Of a DNA stretch of 64,000 nucleotides, positions 10,421-19,604 are shown piece after piece. A program made the position numbers and the translations under genes. Source of the DNA: an uncultured bacterium (GTDB lineage Bacteria; Muiribacteriota; UBA9980); contig CAZJFS010000001.1 of assembly GCA_964545075.1 (NCBI GenBank), positions 33,890 to 97,889 on the forward strand. The letters run 5' to 3'. Numbering within the stretch: position 1 is the stretch's first letter; each line of letters starts with the position of its first letter. The notes below the pieces were generated by a model. It saw only the letters and a list, made by a program, of their open reading frames with translations, searched no databases and was not told the origin of the DNA.

Positions 10421-11665
10421 TTACTTTTTATATTTTTTTACTATTACGACCGAATTTATCCCGAGCATTCCGAAGCTCATATTAAGGATGTATTCGATCT
10501 TTTCGGCCTTAACCGGCTTATTCGCGACAAGGTTCGGAAAAGCGCACTCGGGTTCGAGATCGTCGATATTTATCGTCGGATGGACGATATTGTCGTTGAA
10601 CGAATCCAGGTTCCCGGCAAGTTCAAGAGCGCCCGCCGCGCCCATGGTATGGCCTATAAAGCTTTTGGTGTTGTTGACATAGGCGCGTGTTTTTTCGCCG
10701 AATACCGATCTTATAGCTTTGCATTCGGAGATATCGCCCTGCGGCGTCGAAGTCGCGTGGGTGTTGATCAGATCGATATTTTCGGGCGCGAGCTTAGCGT
10801 TCGAAAGCGCGAGTTTTATGCATTCCGCCTGGCGTTCCGAACAGGGAAGTACGAAATCGGTAGCGTCCGAATTCGATGCGTAGCCTGCTATTTCGGCGTA
10901 TATTTTAGCGCCGCGGGCGAGGGCGGAACTGAGCCTTTCAATAACGTATATGCATCCGCCTTCGGAAATGACTATGCCGTTTCTGGCTTTATCGAAAGGC
11001 CTGCAGGCCTTCGTCGGATCGGCGTGAGTCGCGAGCGCGCCCTCGTTCTTGAAGCTCGCGAATATCCCGAAAGTATGGATCGCTTCGGAAACTCCGCCGG
11101 CCAGAGCCATATCGATATCGCCCATTTTAAGCATCTGAAAACCCTGAATCGTGCCAAGGTTTCCCGCGGCGCAAGCGCCGCCGATGGTATAATGCGGACC
11201 GGTTATTTTAAGATTTAAGGTCACTTCGCCGGCCGGATTATTTGCGACCGTACGGGGATTATGATGGTGCGACCACAGTTTCGTGTCATAGCCGCACTGG
11301 GAAAGATTATAAACTTCATTCTCGGTCTCGACGTTTCCGTGTTCGGTAGTTCCAACATAAACGCCTACCCTTGACCTGTCGAGCTTTTCAAGATCAACGC
11401 CGGCGTCGGCGAGCGCCTCGTTCGCGCAGTATATGCTGATGGAACCGGCGCGCGTGCCTCTTCTGAGCTCTTTTTTCTTCTGATATTTAAGAGGATCGAA
11501 ATTACATATTCCAGCGATGGTTTCACCGATATAACGCGTTTCAAACTTTTGAACGCCTGATACGCCGTTTAAAAGATTGTTACGAAACTCCGCAAGCGTG
11601 TTGCCGTTCGGAGACGTCAAGCCGACGCCCGTGATAACGATTCTTTCATCTAAATAGCTGGTCAT
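10421..11665 (-). CDS. Beta-ketoacyl-ACP synthase I/II family (FabF/FabB-like)
   Basis: Active-site Cys in TIGGACAAG. The two His motifs NTHATSTPQGD and IGHTMGAAG. Typical KAS length of 414 aa. Confidence 0.8.
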   Translation of the reverse strand: MTSYLDERIVITGVGLTSPNGNTLAEFRNNLLNGVSGVQKFETRYIGETIAGICNFDPLKYQKKKELRRGTRAGSISIYCANEALADAGVDLEKLDRSRVGVYVGTTEHGNVETENEVYNLSQCGYDTKLWSHHHNPRTVANNPAGEVTLNLKITGPHYTIGGACAAGNLGTIQGFQMLKMGDIDMALAGGVSEAIHTFGIFASFKNEGALATHADPTKACRPFDKARNGIVISEGGCIYVIERLSSALARGAKIYAEIAGYASNSDATDFVLPCSERQAECIKLALSNAKLAPENIDLINTHATSTPQGDISECKAIRSVFGEKTRAYVNNTKSFIGHTMGAAGALELAGNLDSFNDNIVHPTINIDDLEPECAFPNLVANKPVKAEKIEYILNMSFGMLGINSVVIVKKYKK

Positions 11666-11749
11666 AATCGCAACTTCCTTATAATTATAAGATTTTCCGT
11701 TAAATTTAAACTCTTTATTATATCAAACTAACGCCGTTATATTCAAACA

Positions 11750-12247
11750 TTATTTCTCGTTTTTTTTATTTTTTTGAAGGCTTATTATAAATTCAAGGGT
11801 CTCCCGAAATTTTGGCGTCCACCCTACCGGCTGAAAGGTTTCGGGCTTTACTTTCGCTATCGAACGCCGGCCGCTGCAATATATAGTTTCCCGGTCTTCC
11901 GAAATAAAAGCGACCTTGAACGTCGCCCCTGCTTCACGAAGCTTTTCGGGCGCGATCGAAACGTAAAAAGAAACGACGCCGAATATAGGCTTATGATACG
12001 TAAGCTCGATCCCGTGGACGACATGGTGCAGGTCAGGATATTTTACTATGTCAAAGCCTTCGATAACACCCGCGGCGTTGAAAAACAAATATGTCGCCCG
12101 CTCTAAAATATAAGAATACCTTGAATTATGAAGCATGTTAAGCGGGTCCAGCTCGTCGAAATTGGAATTCATTTTAACATAGAATACGCCTTTTTCAAGC
12201 TTTTCTTCAATGGACGCCGTATTTATTATTATTTCGCTGTCTTTCAT
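11750..12247 (-). CDS. Hotdog-fold thioesterase-like protein
   Basis: 165 aa, 4HBT/acyl-ACP thioesterase-like size and pattern, embedded in a lipid-synthesis operon. Assignment is from context and weak motif similarity only. Confidence 0.4.
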   Translation of the reverse strand: MKDSEIIINTASIEEKLEKGVFYVKMNSNFDELDPLNMLHNSRYSYILERATYLFFNAAGVIEGFDIVKYPDLHHVVHGIELTYHKPIFGVVSFYVSIAPEKLREAGATFKVAFISEDRETIYCSGRRSIAKVKPETFQPVGWTPKFRETLEFIISLQKNKKNEK

Positions 12248-12316
12248 ATTAAATTCCAGGTTTTCCGTTATAATTTAAAGCCTTCGATCAATCCGTCGAA
12301 CGTCGCCGCTGCGCGC

Positions 12317-13309
12317 CTATAAAGTTTTTAAATATTCGATCAATTTTTTAAACCCTTCTTCGGTTGAAACAGAAGCTTTATAACCGAAATCTTTTTTAGC
12401 GCGCGATATGTTAAAATAATGATGTTTTGAAAACTGCGACGCTATAAACCTCGTCATGGGCGGTTCGGATGAGGGAAAAAGCGCGCCATAAATTTTTTCA
12501 AGGCAAAAACCCAGCCTGTACGCGAAACCGAAGGATACCTTTTTGTCGATTGGCTCTATACCCACTCCGAGCAAAATCTTATTTATAAATTCCCATAAAA
12601 GCACCGGCTCGCCCTGGCTGATAAAATATGCCGACCCGGCGAGTTTAGAATCTTTTGAAAGGGCGTCGGCGGCGAGCAAATGCGCGTCGGCGGCGTTATC
12701 GATATAAGTTATATCCACGCGGTTAAGCCCATTTCCGACGATCTTAAGCTTGCCTTTTTTTACATATTTAATGATGCGCGCCATAATTTGTTTATCTCCG
12801 GGGCCCCATATCAGATGCGGCCTCAGGGAGACGGTCAAAAGCCCGTTGGTTCCGTTGTTGCGAAGGACCCGCCGTTCAGCCTCGGCCTTTGTTTCGGAAT
12901 AATAAAAGAGATGGTTTTTAGCGTAAGGCGTGGATTCATCAACATTCATAAGATCGGTGTCGGCGAATACTACGCTCGCGGTACTCGTATATATGAGTTT
13001 CTTTACGCCATGTTTGAGGCAGCCGTCTATTACATTCGTCGTTCCGCGCACGTTCACATCGTAATAATCTTCGTACTTGCCCCAGAATCCCTCTTTGGCT
13101 CCGACATGAAAGACCATATCCATTCCGGCGCACGCGTCCGAAACCTTAACGTTATCCGCAAGATCACACTCGACGGATCTTACGCCGAGTTTTTCAAGTT
13201 CAAGGTATTTATGACGGTTCAGGATCGTAACATTTACGCCTTTTTCAACGAGTTTTTTCACTATGACCGATCCAAGAAAACCGCCGCCGCCGGTTACGAG
13301 AGCGTTCAT
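12317..13309 (-). CDS. oleD: OleD-like NAD(P)H-dependent reductase (3-beta-HSD / sugar epimerase family)
   Basis: Rossmann motif MNALVTGGGGFLGSVIVKKL. Start re-assigned to ATG at 13309: the upstream in-frame extension overlaps oleC, and the TGAcATG junction places the start 1 nt after the oleC stop. Lies directly downstream of the oleC homolog. Confidence 0.7.
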   Translation of the reverse strand: MNALVTGGGGFLGSVIVKKLVEKGVNVTILNRHKYLELEKLGVRSVECDLADNVKVSDACAGMDMVFHVGAKEGFWGKYEDYYDVNVRGTTNVIDGCLKHGVKKLIYTSTASVVFADTDLMNVDESTPYAKNHLFYYSETKAEAERRVLRNNGTNGLLTVSLRPHLIWGPGDKQIMARIIKYVKKGKLKIVGNGLNRVDITYIDNAADAHLLAADALSKDSKLAGSAYFISQGEPVLLWEFINKILLGVGIEPIDKKVSFGFAYRLGFCLEKIYGALFPSSEPPMTRFIASQFSKHHYFNISRAKKDFGYKASVSTEEGFKKLIEYLKTL

Positions 13310-13310
13310 G

Positions 13311-15008
13311 TCAATTACGCTCCTTTTTAAGCATATCGAAAGCCCATATTGAAAGTTTCTCCCGGAATATTTTTGCGTTATGACGGATGTCAACCGGCAT
13401 TTTTTCTATGAATAGAATATTTTCAATGTCTTTCGTAAGTTCCGAGTCCTTACCGATCTTTTCAAGCTCAACTCTTATATTTTCAACGCGGTTCTCGTCT
13501 TTAAGGATTTTAGGATCTTTTAATTCTATGACGATAACCGGTTTTTGATAGAGCCTTTCGCCGCAACCGACGAGGGCCGACCTGAAAACTTCGGGGTGAT
13601 TGTTGAATATCGCTTCGCATTTTATAGTGAAATAGGTTTTTTCGCCTGACACGACCCTGTGATCTTTCCGTCCGCAAAACCAAAGGCGGCCGCGTTCGTC
13701 AAGATATCCGGCATCGCCCATTCTATGCCATACTTTGGAGCCGTCATAAATTTTAGAAAGCGTCGTCGCGCGGGCGTTGTTATAATATTCTTTCGTCACG
13801 ACTGGGCCGGAAACGACTATTTCTCCGATTTCGCCGGTTTTTAAGCACAGGCCTTCTTCCCAGCGCGGTAGCGGCTCATCCGTTATCTTAATTATTCGCG
13901 CCTCCATTCCCTTTATAGGCTTCCCGACGCATATGCCTTCGCCCTTCTGAGTTTTAGCCCAGGTTTCGCCGCATATTTCATCTCCCGAGATGCTGCACGT
14001 CGGAAGCGATTCGGTCGCGCCGTAAGGAGTATGGACGTCGCCGCCCTCACCGAGCATTTTTTTGACCCGGCCGATCAGTTCGCCCGAAACCGGCGCCCCG
14101 GCTATCAATATTCGTTTTATAGAATTTAACTTTATGTTTTTCGAATTGCAATAATTACTGACCCGGTTCCATATCGCCGGAGACCCGAAGGAACTTGTTA
14201 TTCCGTGATTTAAAATAGCCTCCACTATATTTTCGGGTTTCACGGACGCGGGCTTCGTGGGGTCCATATCCGGAATAACGCAGGTCGTTCCAAGCGCCAC
14301 GTTAAAAAGCGCGAAAAGCGGAAAACCAGGAAGTTCCATTTCGTTTTCGCCGAATTTATAAGCTTCGTGCAAAAGCGCGATCTGCGCGCCGAACATTTTA
14401 TGTTCGTATAAAACGCCCTTGGCCGGGCCGGTGCTGCCTGAAGTAAAGAGTATCGCGGCCGGATCGCTTCCGCGCGTTTCGCACATTTTAAAGTTAACGC
14501 TTCCCTTTTCGCGTATTTTATCAAGCGTCAGGCCGCCCCAGAATATGCGCTTACCGACGGTAACGTTATATCTCACTTTTTTGAAATGCCATCTGAATAT
14601 AGCCCTGATAGCCTGAGCGACCGGTACGCCGATGACAGCCTCCGGCTCGACGTACGATATGCATTTTAACATATTGAACGGACCCATTCCGGGGTCGATA
14701 AGTATTGGAACGGCGCCTATTTTAAACAGCGCGAAGGTAAGGGTTATAAATTCAAGGCTGGGCCTCACCATTAAAAGCGTCTTCGTGCCTTTACCCATGC
14801 CGTATTTAGAAAGTCCGTCCGCGTACCTGTCGCATTCTTCGTTCATCTGCTGAAATGTAAAATGCGAATACGCCACGTGGCCGGCGGCGTCACGGCCGGC
14901 GGGAAAAACTACGGCGCGCTTGTACGGCATTATCTCCGCCATATAAGGAAGATAGGAGGCTATATTGAATTTTTCATTTTTATAATCAGGTTTTTCTTTT
15001 ATCATCAT
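13311..15008 (-). CDS. oleC: OleC-like AMP-dependent synthetase/ligase (beta-lactone synthetase family)
   Basis: AMP-binding core FTSGSTGPAKGV. N-terminal region LLMVRPSLEFITLTFALFKIGAVPILIDPGMG matches the conserved OleC pattern (MVRPSxEF..FALFKxGAVPxLxDPG). 565 aa. Confidence 0.7.
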   Translation of the reverse strand: MMIKEKPDYKNEKFNIASYLPYMAEIMPYKRAVVFPAGRDAAGHVAYSHFTFQQMNEECDRYADGLSKYGMGKGTKTLLMVRPSLEFITLTFALFKIGAVPILIDPGMGPFNMLKCISYVEPEAVIGVPVAQAIRAIFRWHFKKVRYNVTVGKRIFWGGLTLDKIREKGSVNFKMCETRGSDPAAILFTSGSTGPAKGVLYEHKMFGAQIALLHEAYKFGENEMELPGFPLFALFNVALGTTCVIPDMDPTKPASVKPENIVEAILNHGITSSFGSPAIWNRVSNYCNSKNIKLNSIKRILIAGAPVSGELIGRVKKMLGEGGDVHTPYGATESLPTCSISGDEICGETWAKTQKGEGICVGKPIKGMEARIIKITDEPLPRWEEGLCLKTGEIGEIVVSGPVVTKEYYNNARATTLSKIYDGSKVWHRMGDAGYLDERGRLWFCGRKDHRVVSGEKTYFTIKCEAIFNNHPEVFRSALVGCGERLYQKPVIVIELKDPKILKDENRVENIRVELEKIGKDSELTKDIENILFIEKMPVDIRHNAKIFREKLSIWAFDMLKKERN

Positions 15009-15066
15009 TATTATCTTATAAGCCCTTTAATGTTTTTATCAGGAACACTCGTTCCAGCGGATTCGC

Positions 15067-15948
15067 TTATTTTTTCAGAAACTCTTTTATCCACGGAATT
15101 ATACGTTCATGCGCATCTTCTAAAACGTAATGCCCTGCGTCCGGTATATTTCTGATGTCGGCATCGGGAAAAAGGAAACGCCATTTTTTCAAGAACTCGA
15201 TCCTGAAGCAAAAGTCCTGCGCGCCCCACGCTATAAGCATCGGTTTTTTCTTTAAAAGCGCTAATTTTTCTTCTATTTCAACCAATTGCGAATAACTTTT
15301 ATCATTTTTAGAAAACGGCACGTCCTCAACGAAGCGCAGCGTGGCGATCCTGTCGTGATAATTTCCGTACGGCGCGAGATATCCCAGTTTAACTTCAGGC
15401 GTCATGCGCTCCTGTTTTGAAACCGCCATGCGAACGGCCGCCCTGGCGAAAGCGTTGAAGCACCTGACCGCTATGGTACCGAAAACCGGTATTCTGCAAA
15501 GGTTTATCCTGAAAGGGAATAAATTTGAACGCCAGGCCGCCGTATTTGAAATAACAAGTTTTTTTATGTTTTCAGGATGCCTCGTGGCGTAACCCATTCC
15601 AATGGGACCGCCCCAGTCGTGAACGATGAGCGTTATATTTTTAAGCCCGAGAGTTTCGATTAAATATTCCAAATTCGATATATGATTCGAGAGCTTGTAT
15701 TCATAATCCCGCGGTTTATCGGATAAGCCGCAGCCGATATGATCGGGCGCTACGGCCCTGTATCCGGAGTCTTTAAGAGCGGAAATAAGATTTCTGAAAT
15801 AAAACGACCACGTCGGATTTCCGTGCACCATGACGACGGGTTCACCCGCGCCTTCGTCAACGTAATGATAATTATGGCCTTCTATTTTTAAAAAATGGGA
15901 TTCAAAGGGATATAATTCCTTGAATCCGCTGATATCTGTTTTATTCAT
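15067..15948 (-). CDS. oleB: OleB-like alpha/beta hydrolase (haloalkane-dehalogenase-like)
   Basis: HYVDEGAGEPVVMVHGNPTWSFYFRN...IVHDWGGPIG is the haloalkane dehalogenase-like signature. Positioned between the oleA and oleC homologs. Confidence 0.7.
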   Translation of the reverse strand: MNKTDISGFKELYPFESHFLKIEGHNYHYVDEGAGEPVVMVHGNPTWSFYFRNLISALKDSGYRAVAPDHIGCGLSDKPRDYEYKLSNHISNLEYLIETLGLKNITLIVHDWGGPIGMGYATRHPENIKKLVISNTAAWRSNLFPFRINLCRIPVFGTIAVRCFNAFARAAVRMAVSKQERMTPEVKLGYLAPYGNYHDRIATLRFVEDVPFSKNDKSYSQLVEIEEKLALLKKKPMLIAWGAQDFCFRIEFLKKWRFLFPDADIRNIPDAGHYVLEDAHERIIPWIKEFLKK

Positions 15949-16018
15949 TTTTTTATTCTCCGGTAAGATTTACGAACTTCTTTAGCGGCGGCGAATTTAT
16001 TGCTTATTCACTTTATAA

Positions 16019-17113
16019 TTACCACTCGATTCCGAGCATCAGGCAGTTAATTCCGCTGCCTATCCCAAGCATCGCGAGTTTCTGGCCTTTTTCAATGAGA
16101 CCCTGGTCCACCGCAAGCGCGGCGGTTATGGGAAGCGAAACGGACCCGACGTTCCCCAGAAACTCAAAGGTTGAAAAATCTTTATTAAGGTTAAGATCGA
16201 GCGAGTTATATATCGCGCGGCGGTGCATGGTCCCGACCTGATGGCAGAATATGCGATCCGGCGTATCGTTAGTCCAGGCAAGTTCCTGCTTCATGTTGTT
16301 CCAGTTTTCTTTAGCCAGTTCACATCCGCTCACTAAAAGCGCTTCGGCATTGGTGCACATATGAGGCATATTCGCGGCGTCGCCGTTTTGCGGGGCATCA
16401 CCGTTAGTATCGTCATTGGCTTTTAATGACATGTTCCCCGTGCCGCCTCTGCATAGGGCGTTATGCTCGGTCGCGGCCATGAAGGAACCGCCGACGAGCT
16501 TATGTTTCGCCTTAGATACCGAAATATCCGTCATAACTACAGCCGCGGCCCCCGAACCTATCGTAAGCGAGGGAAATGAATCCTTGATTTTATTTCTGGT
16601 GAGGTTATCGACGTTATTTAAAAGATCGGCAATCGTTCTTTCATAAAGCTGCCCGGCGTTTTCACCGGCCACTACCATGCCGCTTTTAACCTGTCCCAGT
16701 TCTATCATATTAGCGAGCATTATCACGCCATTGATAAAACCAAGGCATGCGTTGGAAATATCAAAAACCATGGATGTTTTTGGAAGTCCGAGATTATCGT
16801 GAACTACCGTCGCCGTCGCCGGCTCTAAAAAATCGCGAGAAACGGAGGCGTGAATAAGGCATTCGATCGATGAGGGATCTATACCGGCGCGTTCGATCGC
16901 CATTTTACCGGCTTTCGTGCTGACGTCACTCGGCATGGTGCCAGCCTTCCAGAAACGGCGTTCCCGGATGCCCGTCATCATCTCGAGCCTGCCCTGCGGC
17001 AGCTTGAGTTTTTCATAAAGCGGGGCTAATCTTTTTTCGATTTCTTCGGATGTGACGACACATTCGGGTATTTCGTACCCAAACGCTTCAATGCATACGC
17101 GTCTGTATTGCAT
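16019..17113 (-). CDS. oleA: OleA-like thiolase (KAS III / FabH superfamily condensing enzyme)
   Basis: N-terminus CIEAFGYEIPECVVTSEEIEKRLAPLYEKLKL...GIRERRFW follows the OleA/FabH pattern. Active-site Cys region ISNACLGF. It is the first gene of the oleABCD-ordered operon. Confidence 0.65.
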   Translation of the reverse strand: MQYRRVCIEAFGYEIPECVVTSEEIEKRLAPLYEKLKLPQGRLEMMTGIRERRFWKAGTMPSDVSTKAGKMAIERAGIDPSSIECLIHASVSRDFLEPATATVVHDNLGLPKTSMVFDISNACLGFINGVIMLANMIELGQVKSGMVVAGENAGQLYERTIADLLNNVDNLTRNKIKDSFPSLTIGSGAAAVVMTDISVSKAKHKLVGGSFMAATEHNALCRGGTGNMSLKANDDTNGDAPQNGDAANMPHMCTNAEALLVSGCELAKENWNNMKQELAWTNDTPDRIFCHQVGTMHRRAIYNSLDLNLNKDFSTFEFLGNVGSVSLPITAALAVDQGLIEKGQKLAMLGIGSGINCLMLGIEW

Positions 17114-17362
17114 GTTGAATGCTCTTCCTTTATTCAGTTTTATTTACAAAAAAACTTTTTGTAAAATAAGATGTACGACAAACCGAAAACCTTTTGCTTT
17201 TAAAGAATTTCCAGTTCAGAAAAAGCAGAATTTTCATAAATACTTTCGCATCAATGAAAAAACTTATTCAATTAAATTTAGTTTAACACAATTCGAAGGT
17301 TTTGTCAATACCCAAAATCGCAAAAAAATATTTAGATCGTTATCCATTCAAAAACAGCTATT

Positions 17363-17602
17363 TTATATGCACCGCTCGACATCTTTCATAGAAACTTCAT
17401 CTCGGGATTCGTATCCGCAGTTCTCGCAATATCCCGCTATTGAATATACCGAATAGCCATAAGAATCTTTTCCGACATACTGCACGCTCTTCTCGTCATA
17501 AAAATAGAACGGCTCGCTGCATCCGATGCAGAAATTAACGGCCCTGGATATTTTTTCAAGATCATTCGCGAGAAAATCGTTTTCTTTCAATTTATCCTCC
17601 AT
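17363..17602 (-). CDS. Small zinc-ribbon-like protein (two CxxC pairs)
   Basis: 79 aa with CIGC...CENCG. Lies in the long 17.1-17.8 kb intergenic region. No further homology recognisable. Confidence 0.3.
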   Translation of the reverse strand: MEDKLKENDFLANDLEKISRAVNFCIGCSEPFYFYDEKSVQYVGKDSYGYSVYSIAGYCENCGYESRDEVSMKDVERCI

Positions 17603-17780
17603 GCGGTCGGCTTTAGCTAATGAAGGAAGGATGTTATTTATACACTCTACACTTATATATATAACGCATATGCTTTAAATTGTCAAGCCGGTTCCGATGA
17701 CCGGTTATATTGAAATTATTTTTAAAATGTGTTACTATCAATTATGCGAAACCATTTATATGCGTAGGAGCTTTTAAATC

Positions 17781-18830
17781 ATGAGCGATAAAAATGAATT
17801 GGAATTGTTTTTAACGAAGGACGTTAAAGACCTCCTGGATTTCATATTTGATGGAATATACGTCGTCGATACCGATAGAAAAATAGTTTTCTGGAACAAA
17901 GGCGCCGAAAATATGACGGGATACAAACAGGATAAAGTTCGCGGCCGGAAATGCAGCGACAATATCTTAAACCATATCGACTGCGACGGAAATCTCGTAT
18001 GCTTATGCGATACATGCCCATTAAAACGCGCCGTTGAAATGGATAAGGAATCAATATATAAACTTTATCCGCTTCATAACGACGGCCACCGCTTCCCTGT
18101 TTCAACGCATATAAGCCCGGTTAAAAATAAGGAAGGTAAAATAATCGGAGCGATAGAAGTATTCCGCGACATTTCCGAGCAGGAAAAACTCGACGCGCTT
18201 CAAAAAAAATTCGATAAACTCGTCCGACAATATATTTCAGTATCCACATACGACTCTATAATAAAAGAGGTTTCAAGCGGCGGTAAAATAAAAGGCGTTT
18301 TAAAGGATATGACCGTATTTTTCATGGATATCGTCAGCTTCACCACGTTCAGCGAAAAACACAAGCCGGAACAGGTGATCGAAATGCTCAATTATTTTTT
18401 CTCGGTCTCGACGCATGTAATAAAAAATAATACCGGAGATATAGATAAATTTATAGGCGATTGCGTAATGGCGATCTTCATAGACGCGTCCGACGCCGTA
18501 AAAGCCGCGAAGGAATTTATTAACGAAGGCCTTCCGTCTCTAAACGAAATGCTTAAACAAAAAGGGCTTCAAAATATAAACGTTCGCATCGGCATAAACA
18601 GCGGAAATCTTATTCAGGGCGATATAGGTTCCGACGCGAGAAAAGATATGACCGTAATAGGAGATGTCGTAAACACCGCTTCAAGGGTAGAACATGAAGC
18701 GCGGCACGGCTCTTTTATGATATCCGAAAGCACTTATTCAAGATTACCGAATCCTCATGATTTCGAATTCGACAAGGAGATACTTCTTAAAGGAAAAGCA
18801 ATACCGGTAAAACTTTTCAGACCAAAATAA
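17781..18830 (+). CDS. PAS-domain class III adenylate/guanylate cyclase
   Basis: N-terminal PAS (FDGIYVVDTDRKIVFWNKGAENMTGY). The cyclase homology domain has the metal-binding Asp (FFMDIVSFTTF) plus FIGDCVMAIF and IGINSGNLIQGDIG...GDVVNTASRVE. Confidence 0.8.
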   Translation: MSDKNELELFLTKDVKDLLDFIFDGIYVVDTDRKIVFWNKGAENMTGYKQDKVRGRKCSDNILNHIDCDGNLVCLCDTCPLKRAVEMDKESIYKLYPLHNDGHRFPVSTHISPVKNKEGKIIGAIEVFRDISEQEKLDALQKKFDKLVRQYISVSTYDSIIKEVSSGGKIKGVLKDMTVFFMDIVSFTTFSEKHKPEQVIEMLNYFFSVSTHVIKNNTGDIDKFIGDCVMAIFIDASDAVKAAKEFINEGLPSLNEMLKQKGLQNINVRIGINSGNLIQGDIGSDARKDMTVIGDVVNTASRVEHEARHGSFMISESTYSRLPNPHDFEFDKEILLKGKAIPVKLFRPK

Positions 18831-18913
18831 TAACCCGTAGCCGAATAGTCGATATTTTCTTCGGGAAATTAATATTTTGAAAAAATTTTAAATGGAAGAG
18901 TTTTGACGCGTGA

Positions 18914-19543
18914 TTACTTTTGAACGCCGACTAGCGCCTGGATCAGACGCTCGGGTTTGAAGGGTTTTGTTACAAAGTCACGCGCGCCAAGTTCTCTGGA
19001 TAATATGACATCCTGCATCGAGCGGCTGGCGGTGACCATTATGACCTCAACTGGCCTTTGAAGCTGGGTCTTTATGACCTTTAAAAATTCGAAGCCGTTT
19101 ACTTCGGGCATTTTGATATCGAGGAAAACCGTGCTTATATGCGGATCGCTGACAAGATGATTCCACGCCTCCAATGCGCTGTTGGCCATCAGCACCTTAT
19201 GGTCTTTTTCCTCGAATATATCTTTCATATAATTGCAGATATCCGCTTCGTCATCAACGACAAGAACCTTTTGTGGAATAACTCGGGCCGGAAGCTGATA
19301 ATCCAGGGTAGAATGCATTTTGGTTTCAAGAACTTCAGCCGTTTCCTCTTCTTTATCGTCATAAACGTATGCGAGACCGACGCCAAATTCCATCGCTTTT
19401 TGGATCGCGTTTTCATCGAGAATATAATTCTTAGCGAACATAATAATGCTGGATTCCCGTGCATAAAAAAGCGGCTTGCTAAGCTTCATTCCAGGTTTTA
19501 ATTCGCTTGTGTGAAGTAAGAGTACTCCCATAAAAATCTCCAA
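18914..19543 (-). CDS. Response regulator with inverted architecture: N-terminal DUF3391-like domain, C-terminal REC
   Basis: N-terminus ELKPGMKLSKPLF...GVGLAYVYD follows the DUF3391 pattern normally found upstream of HD-GYP domains. C-terminal receiver VLVVDDEADI...VFLDIKMPEVNGFEFL...K. Paralog of the adjacent gene. Confidence 0.6.
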   Translation of the reverse strand: MEIFMGVLLLHTSELKPGMKLSKPLFYARESSIIMFAKNYILDENAIQKAMEFGVGLAYVYDDKEEETAEVLETKMHSTLDYQLPARVIPQKVLVVDDEADICNYMKDIFEEKDHKVLMANSALEAWNHLVSDPHISTVFLDIKMPEVNGFEFLKVIKTQLQRPVEVIMVTASRSMQDVILSRELGARDFVTKPFKPERLIQALVGVQK

Positions 19544-19604
19544 AGTATTTTTATTAACCTTTAATTATATCATAAAAAATAAAATTTACAATATTTTTTA
19601 AATA

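Noticed and set aside
10352-11218. 288-aa + strand ORF overlapping the FabF-like KAS gene
   Set aside because: Antisense to a KAS gene with intact catalytic Cys/His/His motifs. No homology features; starts inside the ACP gene.
17052-17456. 134-aa + ORF in the oleA upstream region
   Set aside because: Begins inside the oleA 5' end on the opposite strand and runs through an AT-rich intergenic region. No SD and no motifs. Probably non-coding promoter/leader DNA.
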